DNA of 61,499 bases, filler included, from Choristocarpus tenellus KU-1152 (lineage: Eukaryota > Protista > Phaeophyceae), in NCBI GenBank assembly GCA_964200185.2. It is 15 parts of 15 records of this genome, joined end to end, with 100 filler letters (N's around TTAATTAATTAA, not from the genome) between each part and the next. Parts side by side here need not be neighbours in the genome. Positions count along the whole stretch, not along the records: positions 13,938 to 17,702 come from CAXNAD020018065.1; positions 17,803 to 20,536 come from CAXNAD020025208.1; positions 20,637 to 24,246 come from CAXNAD020018972.1; positions 24,347 to 27,218 come from CAXNAD020024042.1; 11 more parts are not named here. One strand, 5' to 3'. The notes below the pieces were generated by a model that did not search any database, had not been told where the DNA came from, and saw only the letters and a program-made list of their open reading frames with translations. Position numbers and translations under genes: made by a program. Below, in pieces: positions 13,938 through 27,218 of this stretch (position 1 is the stretch's first letter; every line of letters begins with the position of its first letter).

Positions 13938-13960
13938 CCCCCCCCCAGATACTTTGGGTC
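13938..13960. mobile_element. MITE family B end at contig edge
   Basis: CCCCCAGATACTTTGGGTC terminus. Similar B-type ends at about 24161-24200, 31060-31120, 38479-38544, 41419-41458, 44929-44948 and 61477-61499, and a related end at about 38679-38730. Confidence 0.8.
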
Positions 13961-14219
13961 ATTAAGGGATGCAAGCAAATCAACCAAAAAAGAGAGAATA
14001 CAATGAGAAGGCATTATTCATTATACAGTGATGGTGGTGGTATTGGTTGATTGGGCGACTTTAGCCGCCGCTTTAGCACAATATAAGTCACTTATTACAA
14101 CTTCCTTGGACCTTGGACACATAGAATCGCCCAAGTGCTATCCCACTCCTGTTCTTCCTCCTCCTCTCATCTGTTGGTTCATGAACGCTCTCTTGATTAC
14201 ATCAAGGTCCTTTGGGGAT

Positions 14220-14478
14220 GAGTGAAAGTATCTTAAAGGGTATGAGTTTTGCCCTGTGTGTCCATTTGGGGCTTGACATCCCACGGACTTTCAACGGCAT
14301 TTTGCCTACTCCGAAACATTTTGGAGTAGGCAAAATGTGTACGTTATGAAAAGGTGTGTCCGAAACAAGGATATTGACATCTCCTAACAAACATGATAGC
14401 CAGAATTACATTAAAATAGCAAAATTGGATTTTGGCCCCCAAATGTACGCGACTGTACCCTCTAAGATACTTTGGTTC
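14220..14478. mobile_element. MITE family A, full copy (~259 bp)
   Basis: TIRs GAGTGAAAGTATCTTAAAGGGTA / TACCCTCTAAGATACTTTGGTTC, inverted subterminal GTCCATTTGGGG-like motifs, flanked by GAT/GAT. Confidence 0.92.
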
Positions 14479-14847
14479 GATGTTTGGGTCAGAGGTGAAT
14501 CCCATAACTGCTGCACTTCTTCGATGTCAGTGAAGAAGATATTGAAGTGAACAATTTACTTTAACAAGAACACACTGACATCGAAGCCTCTGTCCGACCT
14601 CCAACCAGTCTGTGCACTCACCATCATCTGCGTGAACACCTGCTCACTTTCCATCTTGGAATTAGCAGATGACTGACCTAATTTTTTTTGACACTATTAC
14701 TCATGTTTGTGTGAGAGAGTTCTGTTTGTGTGGAAGTAGTGTTGTGTTGTCACTTCGTCAAGAAAGGTACTATTTTAATACAGACGCGCGAGTTTCCTCC
14801 ACGCTAAAAATGCTTGACAGAAAATAAATCACTAAAAGGATACCAAG

Positions 14848-16494
14848 ATGACCTTAGATGATTCCAAGGACCCAAAGTCAGTAGTCCCAGGAGGAGATCT
14901 TTCAGGCGATAGTAATGTCGACAGTGCCTCAAGTGCACGGTCGAAACTAACGCATGAGAGCTTCACCGCTTCGCAGCAGGCCAGACAGGTGGCCAGGCTG
15001 TTAAAGGGTCAAGCTCAACAACAAAGGTTAGGTTACGAGGTGGTGCGGGCGGAAGGGACGTCTCAAAAGTTTTTTGTTTGCAAAATATCTGACATCTTCT
15101 CCTCGTCTACTGAAAACTAGCAGATCGGATCGTTGTTTACGGAAGTTGGAAAGACATGTCGCCTACCTTCCTCCACCCACCTCTTCTTGACTCCTTATAT
15201 CTCACCCAAGTTCTTGATACCCTAGTCTGACTGTAAGGATGTATCAGAGGACAGATTTGAGGAGATATCAAAGACATCATGCCATGGGGAGTGATACCCC
15301 ATTCGTCTGTACGAGTGAGTTTCAAACTACCTCTCGTCCGTTCTCTCTGTCCCTGTTTGAATAAGAAACCAAGATGTGTATGGGACGCCCAATGAGGAAA
15401 GAGCCCCCTTATTCTGGAAAATGTTCAATGCTGAGACCACAGGTGGGATTTGAAGGCCAACCTTGAAGTCTGTCTCGTTCTCAAGGCAATTGAGTACACA
15501 GCGCTATGTTACTCGATACGTTGGAGCATCCCTCTCTGGATATACCTCGTACATAACTCCACGGTACACTCTCAAAATCGTCTGTATATTGTTGATACGC
15601 CCACAGTAGGGCTTGATCATGAGATTATGCATGGCACGGGCTAAGGAAGCTGGTGGAGTAACTGTATAGCACTCCTGACAGCACTTTTGGATGTATGATA
15701 CTGTGTTTTTTGGTACCCTGCCCTCATTCTGTGTTGAAGTTTTTTGCGTCCCATCCTTCCGTCAAATGTCTGTATCTATAAACGGTCCATAAATAGCGCA
15801 CGATCATGATTGTTGGTCGGCGTAATATGGTATGTTGAACGATATTAATTGATATTTGAATGTCACAACAATCCAAAATGCCTCCCAGTCAGTTCGTTGG
15901 GGTGGGTTGATAGAGGTCATTTTACTCAGGGCTCTTTCTACCATCCCCATCGACAGCAGCCTCTAAATAATCTCAGATGAAAAGGCAAGGCCGCTCCCTT
16001 TCCACATCACTTGCGCTTCCCCTGGTGACATAAGTATCCATAGCGGAAGTGGGTGTGGTATCAAGAACATGTCCCCCCACCCAGTAAGAACACCTCAACA
16101 ATGCAATGTGACCATCCGCATCCAACCACTGCAGCTTGTAGAATTACTCCTCCGTGCTTGTGTTTTGTGTAAGTCTGGTCAAGGCCCAGTCTCAAGGAGG
16201 TGTCTCGAAGGAGACTCGAACTCACGAGCTGCGTAACTCTCTCCCTCCTGCCCCGGCCCACCCCTATCCTCCGGGGATGCACGTGCCATCAAATATAACA
16301 ATGCATTTACCACAGAGGTATCACAAGTGCTCAGACAAGTCCGCCATGAGGAGGGGGGCAGTGGAAGAGGGGGTCAGGGCGATGAGATGGGCGAGCTGCT
16401 TGACGGTCTTGTCTCCAGAGTACATGGGCTACAAAAGAGGGTGGCGGATGCAACGTTGTTCCTGCCTGACTATGATGTTCGGAGGGCTCAGGAG
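14848..16494 (+). CDS. TBCC: Tubulin-specific chaperone C, N-terminal exons (14848-15026, 15366-15442, 16316-16494)
   Basis: Three GT-AG exons splice in frame: ...QQQR-NQDVYGTPNEERAPLFWKMFNAETTE-VSQVL...LQKRVADATLFLPDYDVRRAQE. The last segment is the TBCC N-terminal domain signature (LQK...D...FL..YD.R..QE). Confidence 0.8.
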
Positions 16495-18122
16495 GTAGGA
16501 GAAGATGGGTAGTGGGAGGCTCGAGGAGCAGTGGGGGAAACTGTGGATGTGTGGGGGTGGTTGGTGTGTGGGGGTGTGTGTGGTGGTTTGGGAAGGGGAA
16601 CAGGTGCATCTTTTTTTTTTTCCTTAGCAAATCCTGTCTTGTGGTTTTTGAGAGTGGACAGAGTACTCTGTTGCTTTCGCAGTAACTTTCCTTTTTTTTA
16701 ATTAAAAAATAAATGCCTCAAGTCATGTATGTATGTATGTATGTATGTGTGTGTATGTATGTATGTATTATGTATGTTTTGTTTTTTTTTGTGGGTGGGG
16801 TTGTAAGGTATACCTTTTTTGTTGTCCTTCGTATTGATGCCCATGTCCCGTGGTTGGCGACTCTGACAGAAAATACTACGTAGCCGCTACAGTAGTGCTC
16901 CAGGCTGGTAGCTTGATTCCTGTAGTTGAAGGTGCATGTACGTATACAAGGGAATGCATACGCGACCTATGTAGTTCTGTAGCCACTGTGGTGGCGCCCT
17001 TGGGTCAGTAAATTGATCTCTGTAGTTGACAATTTAGGAATGTTGTAATGTGAGTGAATGCATGTATAACGTATTTAGTGTTTTCTCTGTTTATGTGAAG
17101 AATGCAATGTTTATCGATACGCCGATTGCAAGACCATCCTGACATCGATACGCCTTCCAAGGGTACACATCAAAGTGTGTTTGAGTTCCTTGGTTGAACC
17201 TACTGGAGCTTGCTTTGACAGGTTGCGCTGCTCACCCGCTGTTGTGTGTGTGTGTGTGTGTGTGTGTGTTTGTTTGTCTAAGTTGGAGGAATGTTCCACA
17301 TTTTTCCCTTACTGAGTTGCTGTTAATTAGTAAAGGTCTAGCGTGTTCCTCTTTTTCTTTCCCATCCATGACTCTCTTTTTTATTTTATTTTATTTTATT
17401 TTATTTTTGTTTCTTTGCATGGAATTTGAACCGGCGTTACCAGGACCCTATTATCACTAATTTTTTTAAAGAACTCGCTTTTGCGTATTGGTTCTAAGCA
17501 CATTAGCTACCTGACCCCCTCCTTCTCCCCCTCCCCCTCCCCCTCCCCCTCCCCCCCACCCCTCCTTGTCCTCTCGAGAGGCGCGTTCTGATGTTCCTGC
17601 TCCAAATGCTTGCACACACATGCATGCACACATACACACACACACACATGCACTAAAATGTGTTAAAAAAAAGAAAAAAATACGTAACGAAGTAATTTTA
17701 AGNNNNNNNNNNNNNNNNNNNNNNNNNNNNNNNNNNNNNNNNNNNNTTAATTAATTAANNNNNNNNNNNNNNNNNNNNNNNNNNNNNNNNNNNNNNNNNN
17801 NNGTGTTGGAAAATTTGGGTTGGAAGCGGAAACCGCTGTGGGGAGGTGATGCAATGTATGTGAAGGGGGTGATAGCTAGGGAGAGGGGGGGGGTGAGAAT
17901 TGCCTTGTGTTGTTCGCTCTTCCTAACCATCCTTAATTTTTTAGAGGTGGTACATCAATTTCTGAGGTCCTTGTCTTGAGTGGGCTGCATCTAAAGGATA
18001 GACACCAAGTATGTTCCACTGCGCCTCATTTTGTTGGTCACTCGCACCTACCTAACCTTTTGAACCATAATTTTATCTTCTTACCCTTGTTATGCATCTG
18101 TTTCTTATTTCTCTTGTGTAAG

Positions 18123-18233
18123 CCGTACACAATGGACCTTAATGAGCTCAAGGCCATTAACAAGAAGCTCAAGGCGCATGCACTGTGGTCAGGTGGAAAG
18201 AAGGGGGGAAGTAAGAAGCGGAAGAAGGGATAA
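18123..18233 (+). CDS. Probable terminal exon of an unidentified gene (basic, NLS-like C-terminus)
   Basis: Pyrimidine tract and AG followed by PYTMDLNELKAINKKLKAHALWSGGKKGGSKKRKKG-stop. Confidence 0.35.
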   Translation, partial: PYTMDLNELKAINKKLKAHALWSGGKKGGSKKRKKG

Positions 18234-20636
18234 TGGTCATGATACACCTGTTCTCCTTGTGCAACCCTCATATCCCCACACCCCTACCCACTTTGACAAT
18301 GTCAACCAGTTCAATACCTGATTGGTCTTGGTCATGATGATGCCCAACCTGGAGGCTACGTGTCACCTACCTGCACCACAGAGTGCCATGTATCTGCTCC
18401 TGCTCGTGGGCATTGCCCCTATGAATGGAAGGCCGTTTTGCACTCTTTGAATTGTGGAGGACAGAGTATTAAAAATAAGCCTTGGAGTTCATTTTGCATC
18501 ATTTGTGGGATTTCTTTTTGTCCTTTTTTCCAATGGGCCGGTGCATTGTACACACAAGCAAGCCATCAGTGTTGTAGGCCCTTCCAGTCTTGTGTGGTTA
18601 ATCTCAGTAAAATGTCTGTGCAGGTCTTGCAGTATGTGTTGTAATGCACTTAAGTATGCAATGATTTGGTTTGCTGGGTAGAGAAGACCTGTTTAATGTG
18701 AGGAGTTGATGTGTAGTCCTGTTGACCGGCTGAGGTATGTTGATGGTGTGTTGTATGTTGACTTTTTACTGGGTGCTGGTTGTATAGTGCAAGCTTGGGG
18801 CATTGAGAGTGCAGATGTTGGCAATAGAAAGCTCTCTTACCTACTACAATACTACAAATGACGGAGAGGCGAGCTGAAGTCTGAATGGACACAGAGCTGC
18901 CTGTGTGAAAATGTGGTGACATCACCATGAGAGTGTGTGAAAGAATATTGTTGTGCAAGAGTTAGATATCTTCCCTCCTTTCTGTGCCTTGCATGCACCC
19001 ACACACACATGGTAATACATCTTTGTAGTGTACTGTTCCTAGTTCTTTTAACAAAAACATTAAAACAAGAGTTTTGTTAATGCTTATTTTGACCTCTCAT
19101 TATGGGGCCTTTTATCCAGGTGTCGAAAGGTTGGTATTATTATTTTATTATTACCAGTGTTATCACCCTCAACACATGAATGTTTCATGCGTCATTACCT
19201 CCTGCGTCTGCACTGAGTAGTACATTCACCATGTTTAAAATGTATCATATATCTTCACTGCCAATAGTTACTACAAAGCTCAACCATTGTGGTCTATGGT
19301 AACTACGATTAATATTCCTCATCCTTGAGACTCTCTGCTGGTAGACCATTCCCTCTACTGGGTCTTCAAGTTTCTTGATGAGGTGTTGACAGAAGGCATC
19401 TTCGTTATGAGAATTATTGCCCTCAGTTGATTTTGCCTTGGCCTCCCCCCCTAGGTTTGCACTTCAATCCTTGCGCCTTCTCTTTTGCCACTGATCCGGC
19501 TTGACCCCTGTTTCCTTGATACACCTCCTTGGTGTAGAACTCTTTTACTGTAACATTATCATATGCGAGTAAGTCTTGAATTGACTCGTGTCCAAATGAC
19601 TCATGACCCTAACGAAATAAACATATATTGTGGAATGGAATTCATCATGCACTAACCATAGACCGGGGAAGGCTTTATACCATACAATATTTTTTGTTGT
19701 TCTCTCAAAAGATACTATACTACTACTGCTTATCCACAAACCTCACCAACATGTCATGTACAGATGATTTGTGATCCGCAGGTGACGCGAGGGCCGATCA
19801 AAACTACGAGTTTCTACCGAAATGTGTACACTTTTATTACAGTGTATTTACCCAATGACACAAACAATCATTCTCATTGAATGCTACAACCACTTCTCTA
19901 GCAAGTAGTAGATATGACTTCGCTCAGATCTAGCATGAGGTCTAACATGTGACTACTCAGCAACTCATAAAGCACTTCGAGCAGAAGTTTTGAGGAGTTT
20001 TGCAGAGGTGTTCAAATCCTTCGCCTCTGAAAAAAAGTCAGTTGCGGCTTGTTGGCCCTCCCCAGGAATACGCATTGATCCAAATGTTGCATGATGTGTG
20101 TTTCGTTTGTCTGAAGAAAGCAACTGTGCCATTCGATAGGGCATGTATCATCAGGTCATCTGGGCATTCCACAGTAAACTTCAAGAGGTCGAAATGTTGT
20201 GTTAATATTCTAAAGGTGTTAAGGATGGAGCACCACTCAGTCATTCTGCAAGTGCACAGCAACGAGTAAGTGTCATGTACAAAGACTCAGATCAACCAAC
20301 GCAACAGCTAGAAAGCCAGACATGAGATGGTTCCCCACTCTCCTTGAAACTCATCAATATCCTAGCACTACTTCACTATCATCGTCTCCCTCCTGGCCCA
20401 TCCTTACCGCCTCCACCCCCTCGCCCTCTATCTGCCCCCTCTCTTGCATCCTTGAACCCAGGTCCCCCAGGTCCCCTCCCCCCGTGCCCACGCCCAGCTT
20501 CCCCTCCTGGTCGCCCAGGTCCTACAGTACCCCCATNNNNNNNNNNNNNNNNNNNNNNNNNNNNNNNNNNNNNNNNNNNNTTAATTAATTAANNNNNNNN
20601 NNNNNNNNNNNNNNNNNNNNNNNNNNNNNNNNNNNN

Positions 20637-21270
20637 CTCCCACCTTCTGCATCCTTGAAAATCACGACACTGTTACACCTTCAATGGTTAGTAGCCCCCC
20701 CCAGGTATAGACTTCCGCTGGTCCAGATCAGATGCATAGTCCACATCAGCAAACGCCTCCAGTCACTTTCCATCTCTCCATCAGATGTGATGCCAGTCCC
20801 CCCCTTGTGTACCTCACATACCCCGAAATTCTTTTAACAGCTTCCCAATGCCTCTGCCACGGGTTACTGCTAAATCTGGTCAGTCATTTCCGCATTACTG
20901 TTATCAGGCCTGGTCAGTCATGGTCACCAACCAGATTAGTGATCCCACTGCTTCCCTGTATGGAGTGGATGGATCCAGCTCCACACACGAATCCCTCTCC
21001 GAGAGACCTCTGGTTATAGATACATCTGGTTATAGATACAGGAATATTGTACTCTTTGGTGGGCTCAAACCATTCACTAGCCATTCCAAGTATACTTGCT
21101 GATCAATGGTTAGTGTCCAATTTGTCCGATTCCGTGCTATGCGGATATCCCATGTAGAGCTCTGCATCCCCCCAAATCCTCTACACTGAATTCCTTGTTC
21201 AGGGCATCCACCGCCGCCCTGCCCTTCTTCAACAAGCAAATTACCCATCAACAGATCATCCACATGAGTG
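20637..21270 (-). mobile_element. Degenerate Ty1/copia RT-RNase H remnant
   Basis: Minus-strand HVDDLL, PYREAVGSLIWL, SNPWQRHWEAVKRI and FADVDYASDLDQRKSI motifs with frameshifts and stops. Confidence 0.88.
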
Positions 21271-21477
21271 ACTGACTATCACCACTTGCATCACCCCATT
21301 TCCCACCACATGCATCAAGCAAACGTGCACTAGAGGTAGCATATCATGGACCACTTCTCAAAACAACTAGGGCGTTTTTTGCAATTTGAGCCACTAGTGC
21401 TTCTCCTGAAGTGTCTTGGTCCCCTCTCCTGATGGCCCTCTGCCCAGCACTTTTTGAACGTACACATTTCAGGTGCG

Positions 21478-21501
21478 TTAGGGTTAGGGTTAGGGTTAGG
21501 G
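21478..21501. repeat. Interstitial telomeric repeat (TTAGGG)4
   Basis: Four perfect TTAGGG units. Shorter CCCTAA runs at about 9764, 9910, 10017, 10162, 10657 and 40585. Confidence 0.9.
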
Positions 21502-22206
21502 TCATGGATAAAATCAGCTACCTCGCACAGCATTCAACATTGTGAAACATCATATAACCCCTTCTCCCGCTGCCCAGACTCGCCAAGAGTCCTCCCCGTG
21601 TGCAGCCTCCTCAATTACACTCCCTTTTCGATCAAACAATGTTTGGGGGTAGATACATCTCGTACACATCACGTTGCATAGTCTTTCCACTAAACTATCG
21701 GAAGTACCCATTGATGGGGGGGGAAGTGAGTGTCATGTCGCAGATTGCTGGATCAACACCTGGTTCAACCTCTCATGTAAAAGTCGCCAAGAAACAGTCA
21801 ATTGATGCTCAGCCAACCCCATCAACAGGCACTTGGTTCCTCCTATCCATAACAGGGGGTAGCTCCTAGTCCTCCATGATCACCTCTTCACACAATTCGG
21901 TAGAGCATCAACTCCGATATACTTCCTACAATTTTACTTCAACATCACCATATTCCAATGTCCCAATCCATCACCAATGTGCCATTCCACACAGTGTATC
22001 TTGTTGCATACATAATTCCTACTTCAGCATACCAATAGCAACATTTAGTGAGTACAGTACTTCAAAGCATCTCCTTGCGCAACACCCTGCCATGCCCCCC
22101 CCTACCACCCCTTGTTTTCCCTCACCTCTAACCCTTTGAAAAAGAAAACTTCACTCATTGAAGCCAAGCAATAACCATTGTTTACCCAGTGAAACTGCCA
22201 CCTCAC

Positions 22207-22942
22207 CTTATTATCTTCTCTGGGTCCACCGACAACGCAGGTTTTTCGAGGTCGATTCCGAGGCGTTGTTTGAGGTCCATGACCTCACGGCCGATGAGCT
22301 GCACAGCCCACAAGGCCAGACAGCATTAAGAGGAGCAAAGCGGTATGAAGGGTGAACACGAAGTTGGACCAGCTACAAAGCGGTGCCACTCAAGACCCCC
22401 TCTTCAGTATCTAAAAACATTTCAAGTGCATTTATGGAAACTTCAATCTCTCGACCACAGCACAAGAATGCAAGCCCTGAAAATCTACTGCTATTATGAT
22501 TGGTAATTCATGGTTACTACAAAACAATAATGGGAACAAAACAGGCGCGCGGGGGGGGGGGCAGGGTTTAATTGTCATAAACAGAAGCAGTATGTTGACA
22601 CAACCGACCTTTCAAAACGGTGCTTACCTCCAACTCATCGTCATCAAGCATGACTTCATTCGGATCATCAATTCCCTCCAAGTTATTCCCCTTCATCCCC
22701 TCTCCCCCTACCACCCAATCCCCACTGCTGCTACCCTGGTTGATGATACCATCCAGAACAACTGCACCGCCTGCCCCAGCATCGCCAACTCCCGATGAAG
22801 AAGATGTCCCGTGCCCACTCAATCCATTCAAACCAGTCGGGGGCACGAGTCGTTTAAGGTTGGAAAGCTGTGCATCAAGGAGTCCATATTCTGCTACCAG
22901 CAAGCGGTTATCCGAGGGGGGGGTCGATGACTCCTTGATGTC
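22207..22942 (-). CDS. Two internal exons (22942-22628, 22298-22207) of a helical protein, possibly LETM1-like
   Basis: Canonical AG/GT ends and a phase-0 join: ...LLVAEYGLLDAQLSNLKRL...EVMLDDDELE|LIGREVMDLKQRLGIDLEK. The LETM1-like resemblance is from memory only. Confidence 0.55.
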
Positions 22943-23487
22943 CTGCAGGGCATTGCATACAAATACAAATACAAGAGGGCACTGCAGAGGTGACCAACTC
23001 TCACAAAACGTGTGCGCATGTTTGTGTGAAGAGAAGTCTCTTGCGACTATGATTGCTGAACAACTCTAAACAATAGTGCAACGGGTGCTAGCCGGACTGG
23101 GGATAGGATAGTAACTAGCACCACTTTGTACCCCCATTATGGATGGTTGATAAAGTGACCGTTTTGACCCTCCATTACTCTCTCCTGCTCCCACCAAACT
23201 GCACACCATATTTGAATGTGATATTCAAACTAATGAGAGAGTGCGCTCTCCACGATGGTGAAATCGCTTTGACGTTATGTAAAAAAATATCAAAATCCCC
23301 CTGCTTTTGCGTCCAGGGATGGTGCAACATATTCACCGAAGTGCATGCAAAAAGGGGTAGGCATCCAGCCAACAGTTGCAATCAAACATTGAGATGTGGA
23401 ACATCATAGCAAGCATCATTAACGATACTACAATGCACATACTCAAGATAACACATTAGAGACTGTGATAGTGTCAATTTTTGCGCC

Positions 23488-23521
<34 letters not shown>

Positions 23522-24471
23522 AAACGAACCCAAATATTAATAATCNNNNNNNNNNGGTCAATAACCAGCACAAACACTGCGGGCGGGGGGGTGGGGAAAG
23601 TTTGTGGGCCGCGCCCCCCCCCCCCCCCCCCGTACGAACAAGAATCGAGGACCTTTTATTGAGACCTATGATAGGACAACACTCTGTTAGCAAAAGCACC
23701 TCGAATTTAGAGAACGACTGTGGTAAGAAACAGCTATTGATTAAAAAAATAAATAGAAATGCATACATGTAGAAAGCACATATATATCAAGGTCATGGTA
23801 AGTGGGTTGAAAATGAAGAGAATTTTCCTTCTCTTTCCTCGAATGATACTATATTCTATGAGACATAACAAGGTACACCTTGCCACAGTAGATTAGAACA
23901 TTACAGTACTATAACTCTACATAGTACTGTATTATACACTAGTGCTAACAAAATCATGAAATAAGAAACGTGGTACAAGAGAGACAGCAGTTTCTCTCTA
24001 CTCTTTGATAAAAATTCTTACTTGAGTCACCAGGGTAGTAGTAGTTATCCTGGTAACTCAGTTTTGAAGGGCATGAATCATGGAAAATAGGTGGTTGGCG
24101 TAAATTCATACAGAATTGGTATTATTTCATCATCACCTTACCCCAAAACCACCTCCAGTTGACCCAAAGTATGTCGGGGGGGGGGGGGGGGGGGGGGGGG
24201 TGGAGAGAACAAGAGGGTGGGGAGGGGGACAGGGAGCATCCCACCCNNNNNNNNNNNNNNNNNNNNNNNNNNNNNNNNNNNNNNNNNNNNTTAATTAATT
24301 AANNNNNNNNNNNNNNNNNNNNNNNNNNNNNNNNNNNNNNNNNNNNCCCGGTGATTCTCTTCACCACCCTTGCCTGAGTGAACCATGCCGCCGCAGAATC
24401 ACACGATTCACATTGGCGACACCGGTGTCCTCAGAGATAGGGTGACAGTGCATTTCTGTTTGACCACGGAC

Positions 24472-24729
24472 GAGCCAAAGTATCTTAGAGGGTAGAGCCG
24501 TGTCCATTTGGGGGTCAAAATCCAATGTTGCGATTTTGATGTAATTTTGGCTATCGTGTTTGTTAGGAGGTGTCAATATTTATGTTTCGGGCACACCTTT
24601 TCATGACGTATACATTTTACCTAGTACGAAACACTTTGGAGTAAGAAAATATCATAAGAAACCCATGGGAAGTCAAGCCCCAAATGGACAAACAGGGCAA
24701 AACTCATACCCTCTAAGATACTTTCACTC
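24472..24729. mobile_element. MITE family A, full copy with 4-bp TSD GGAC
   Basis: GGAC|GAGCCAAAGTATCTTAGAGGGTA...TACCCTCTAAGATACTTTCACTC|GGAC. Confidence 0.95.
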
Positions 24730-27218
24730 GGACAAAAGATGCCGAACGAAGACGTGGATCGCCTTCTTCCCCTTTCACAGATCGACAGGCGAATGTCAGA
24801 CCCGTGTCGTCAACCCTCGAGCATCGTGTTAGCTCGGGCGGCCGTGACATTCGTCGGGTCCTTTTTCAGGGAGAACCAGTCCCACCCCCAAATTCAACTA
24901 CTTGTGAGGTGGCCACGTCACAGGCACAGTTCGGGGACTCTGGGCCATCGTACATCGCGCACCACATTAACGAGTGCGCCAGGACAAACACTGTGCCTCC
25001 TGGATGGCTCCAGGACCTCATGAAGTTGCATGCTCGGGGAATGGACTCTGATCACGTAAGAGCTGTTGAACAAAGTAGCAGCGTCGCACGCCCATGATCA
25101 ATACCAGAAGCGAGTCGTTTCAGGTTTTCCGCTTCGGAAATACCATGTGGTCTTGTCATTACAGGTTCGGGAGAGGAAAATTTACCACTCTTGTTTTCCA
25201 AATGGCATGTGGCGATTTCCTTGCACTCTAGACAGTATGGTACCGCATCCCCTGAGACAATCAATGCTCGATGTGTAGAATTTTTACCGAAACTTCTTCA
25301 AGGACCACCTGAAACCTTTTACTTTCAGGCGTTGGCAGGCACAGTGGAGTGGCGTTCAACTAGTGATCTGGCTCGGTTGCAGTCTTCTCTTGACATCCCC
25401 ATCCCTATTACACCACCAAAGACATGGGATGATGTCCAGAAAACCCTTATCACTGCATTTACTCCTGCCCACGCCGTAAGTGTATCAGCGCGTCGACTAA
25501 CGTCTCTGAAACAGGAAGAGAACGAATCTGTTGATCAGTATACTTTATGTTGCACCACTGCAATGAATCGTTTTTGGGGTGATGTTCATCGCACAACGTC
25601 GTCCTCAGATGCAGTTGAAACGAAAGCTCTGCTTGTCGAGCAACTGAAGATTACGCTGATGGAAGATGGCTTACTCCCTGCGATTCGTCTTGAACAGATT
25701 CGGGACAAACCTGCGACCTCGTTTGCACAAGCTCGTGACCGTGCCAAACGGCATGAAGCTAATCATTTGTTTGGCCATAACCTCAACCCCATGACTTACA
25801 CAAGTGCTGTTACTCACAATTCTCGTCGCGGACAGGTTCCTCGTAGCGAACTTGAGCAGTCACAACGTGAATGCCAACGACTACGTACGGAGGTGGAACG
25901 TCACCGAGCAGGTGAGGCAACTCTCAACGTGGCCCCAGCTCGGTCGTCGGCGGGTCCACCTCCATCAGTCGTGCACTTTGACAGGTCAACACGACCCCCA
26001 GACACTTCGCCTTACTCAGCCTCACCGTCCAGCTCGATGTACACCATGGACCAGAAAAATAGTGAGTGTCAGTACCCGGGTTGTCAGGCAGCGACTCGTG
26101 AGGGTCACACAACCCAGTCGTGCCTGGACAATCCGCGGGGTGCTCGTTTGCCATACTTACGTCGTAGAGGCAGGGGTCGTGGAAGTCGTGTTCGTGTTCG
26201 TGAGGACAGTGAGTCAACACCTGGTCATTATGGTCCGCGTCCCTAGGGATGCCCAGGTGGATTTGACTCCTGTCCACTTGGGAACAGCTATGGTGTCGTT
26301 GTTGACACCATCGTAGGGAGTGGCAAGCGTCAGAGGTTGACGCCAGTCGTACCTCTTGCCCCGCAGGCATCGATTATTGCCTGCACGTTTGTCACTAAGC
26401 ATTTTTCTTTGCCATTAGTTCAACCAAACTCGTGTAATAATAATGAAACTTGGTTCAACAGTTCTTAGTGCAGATACCCATCCATGCCCAAACCTTTGTC
26501 GTTTTCATCACAAAGAGTTCATGTATCTGGCACCGTTGAAGAACAAGAGGAAAATGACTTGACAATTGACACAGCCAGTGATGTACCATATGTATTTCTG
26601 AAATATTTGTTCGAAATCACCCTCAACTGAAACGTTTTGATGTGCATCCTGTCCCACCTGATGCAATAAATCTACGTGCAGCAAATGGTTCACCTTTGCA
26701 TATTCGTGGATTTATTCGTTTTGCACTTACACTTGGTGACCCCACATTGCCAGTTGAAGCTTTAGTGATTCCCGAACTTGGTCCCGGTAAAATTCTGCTT
26801 GATATTTTAGTGTTATGCAGGCGTTCGGTGTAATCCTTGGTTGGCAAGAACGTCTTTGAATTTCACAACAGTTCGTGTACCATTTCAACAAGACATCACA
26901 TGACAACGAGCCCCACTGAAGTACGTGATACAAGTACAATTCCTTCGTGTTCTGTGAGTGCATATTGGCAGATTCCTGTTGCTGAGGATGACATTGATAA
27001 AACCGCTTTTGTCACGTCCAGAGGCAAATACGTTTTTAAGAGGATGACCTTTGGGATATCAAATGCCCCTTGGCAATTTCAAATAATCATGTCCTTTGAC
27101 AATTTTGGTCCTTTGAGTGGGTTGCTAGTTTACATGGATGATCTGATTGCTTGTTCTCCCACATGGGAAGGACATATACACTTACTAGAACAGCAGTTCA
27201 AAGCGTTACAAGCAGCGG
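24730..27218 (+). mobile_element. Degenerate Ty3/gypsy element: gag (ORF 25191-26246), protease remnant, RT fragment
   Basis: Gag LKQEENESVDQY...GLLPAIR...SFAQARDRA; protease LRAANGSPLHIRG...LVIPELGPGKILL; RT SAYWQIPVAEDDIDKTAFVT...MTFGISNAP...YMDDLI. Confidence 0.92.

Noticed and set aside
19300-20280. Minus-strand coding-like fragments
   Set aside because: Interrupted by stops, with no recognisable family.
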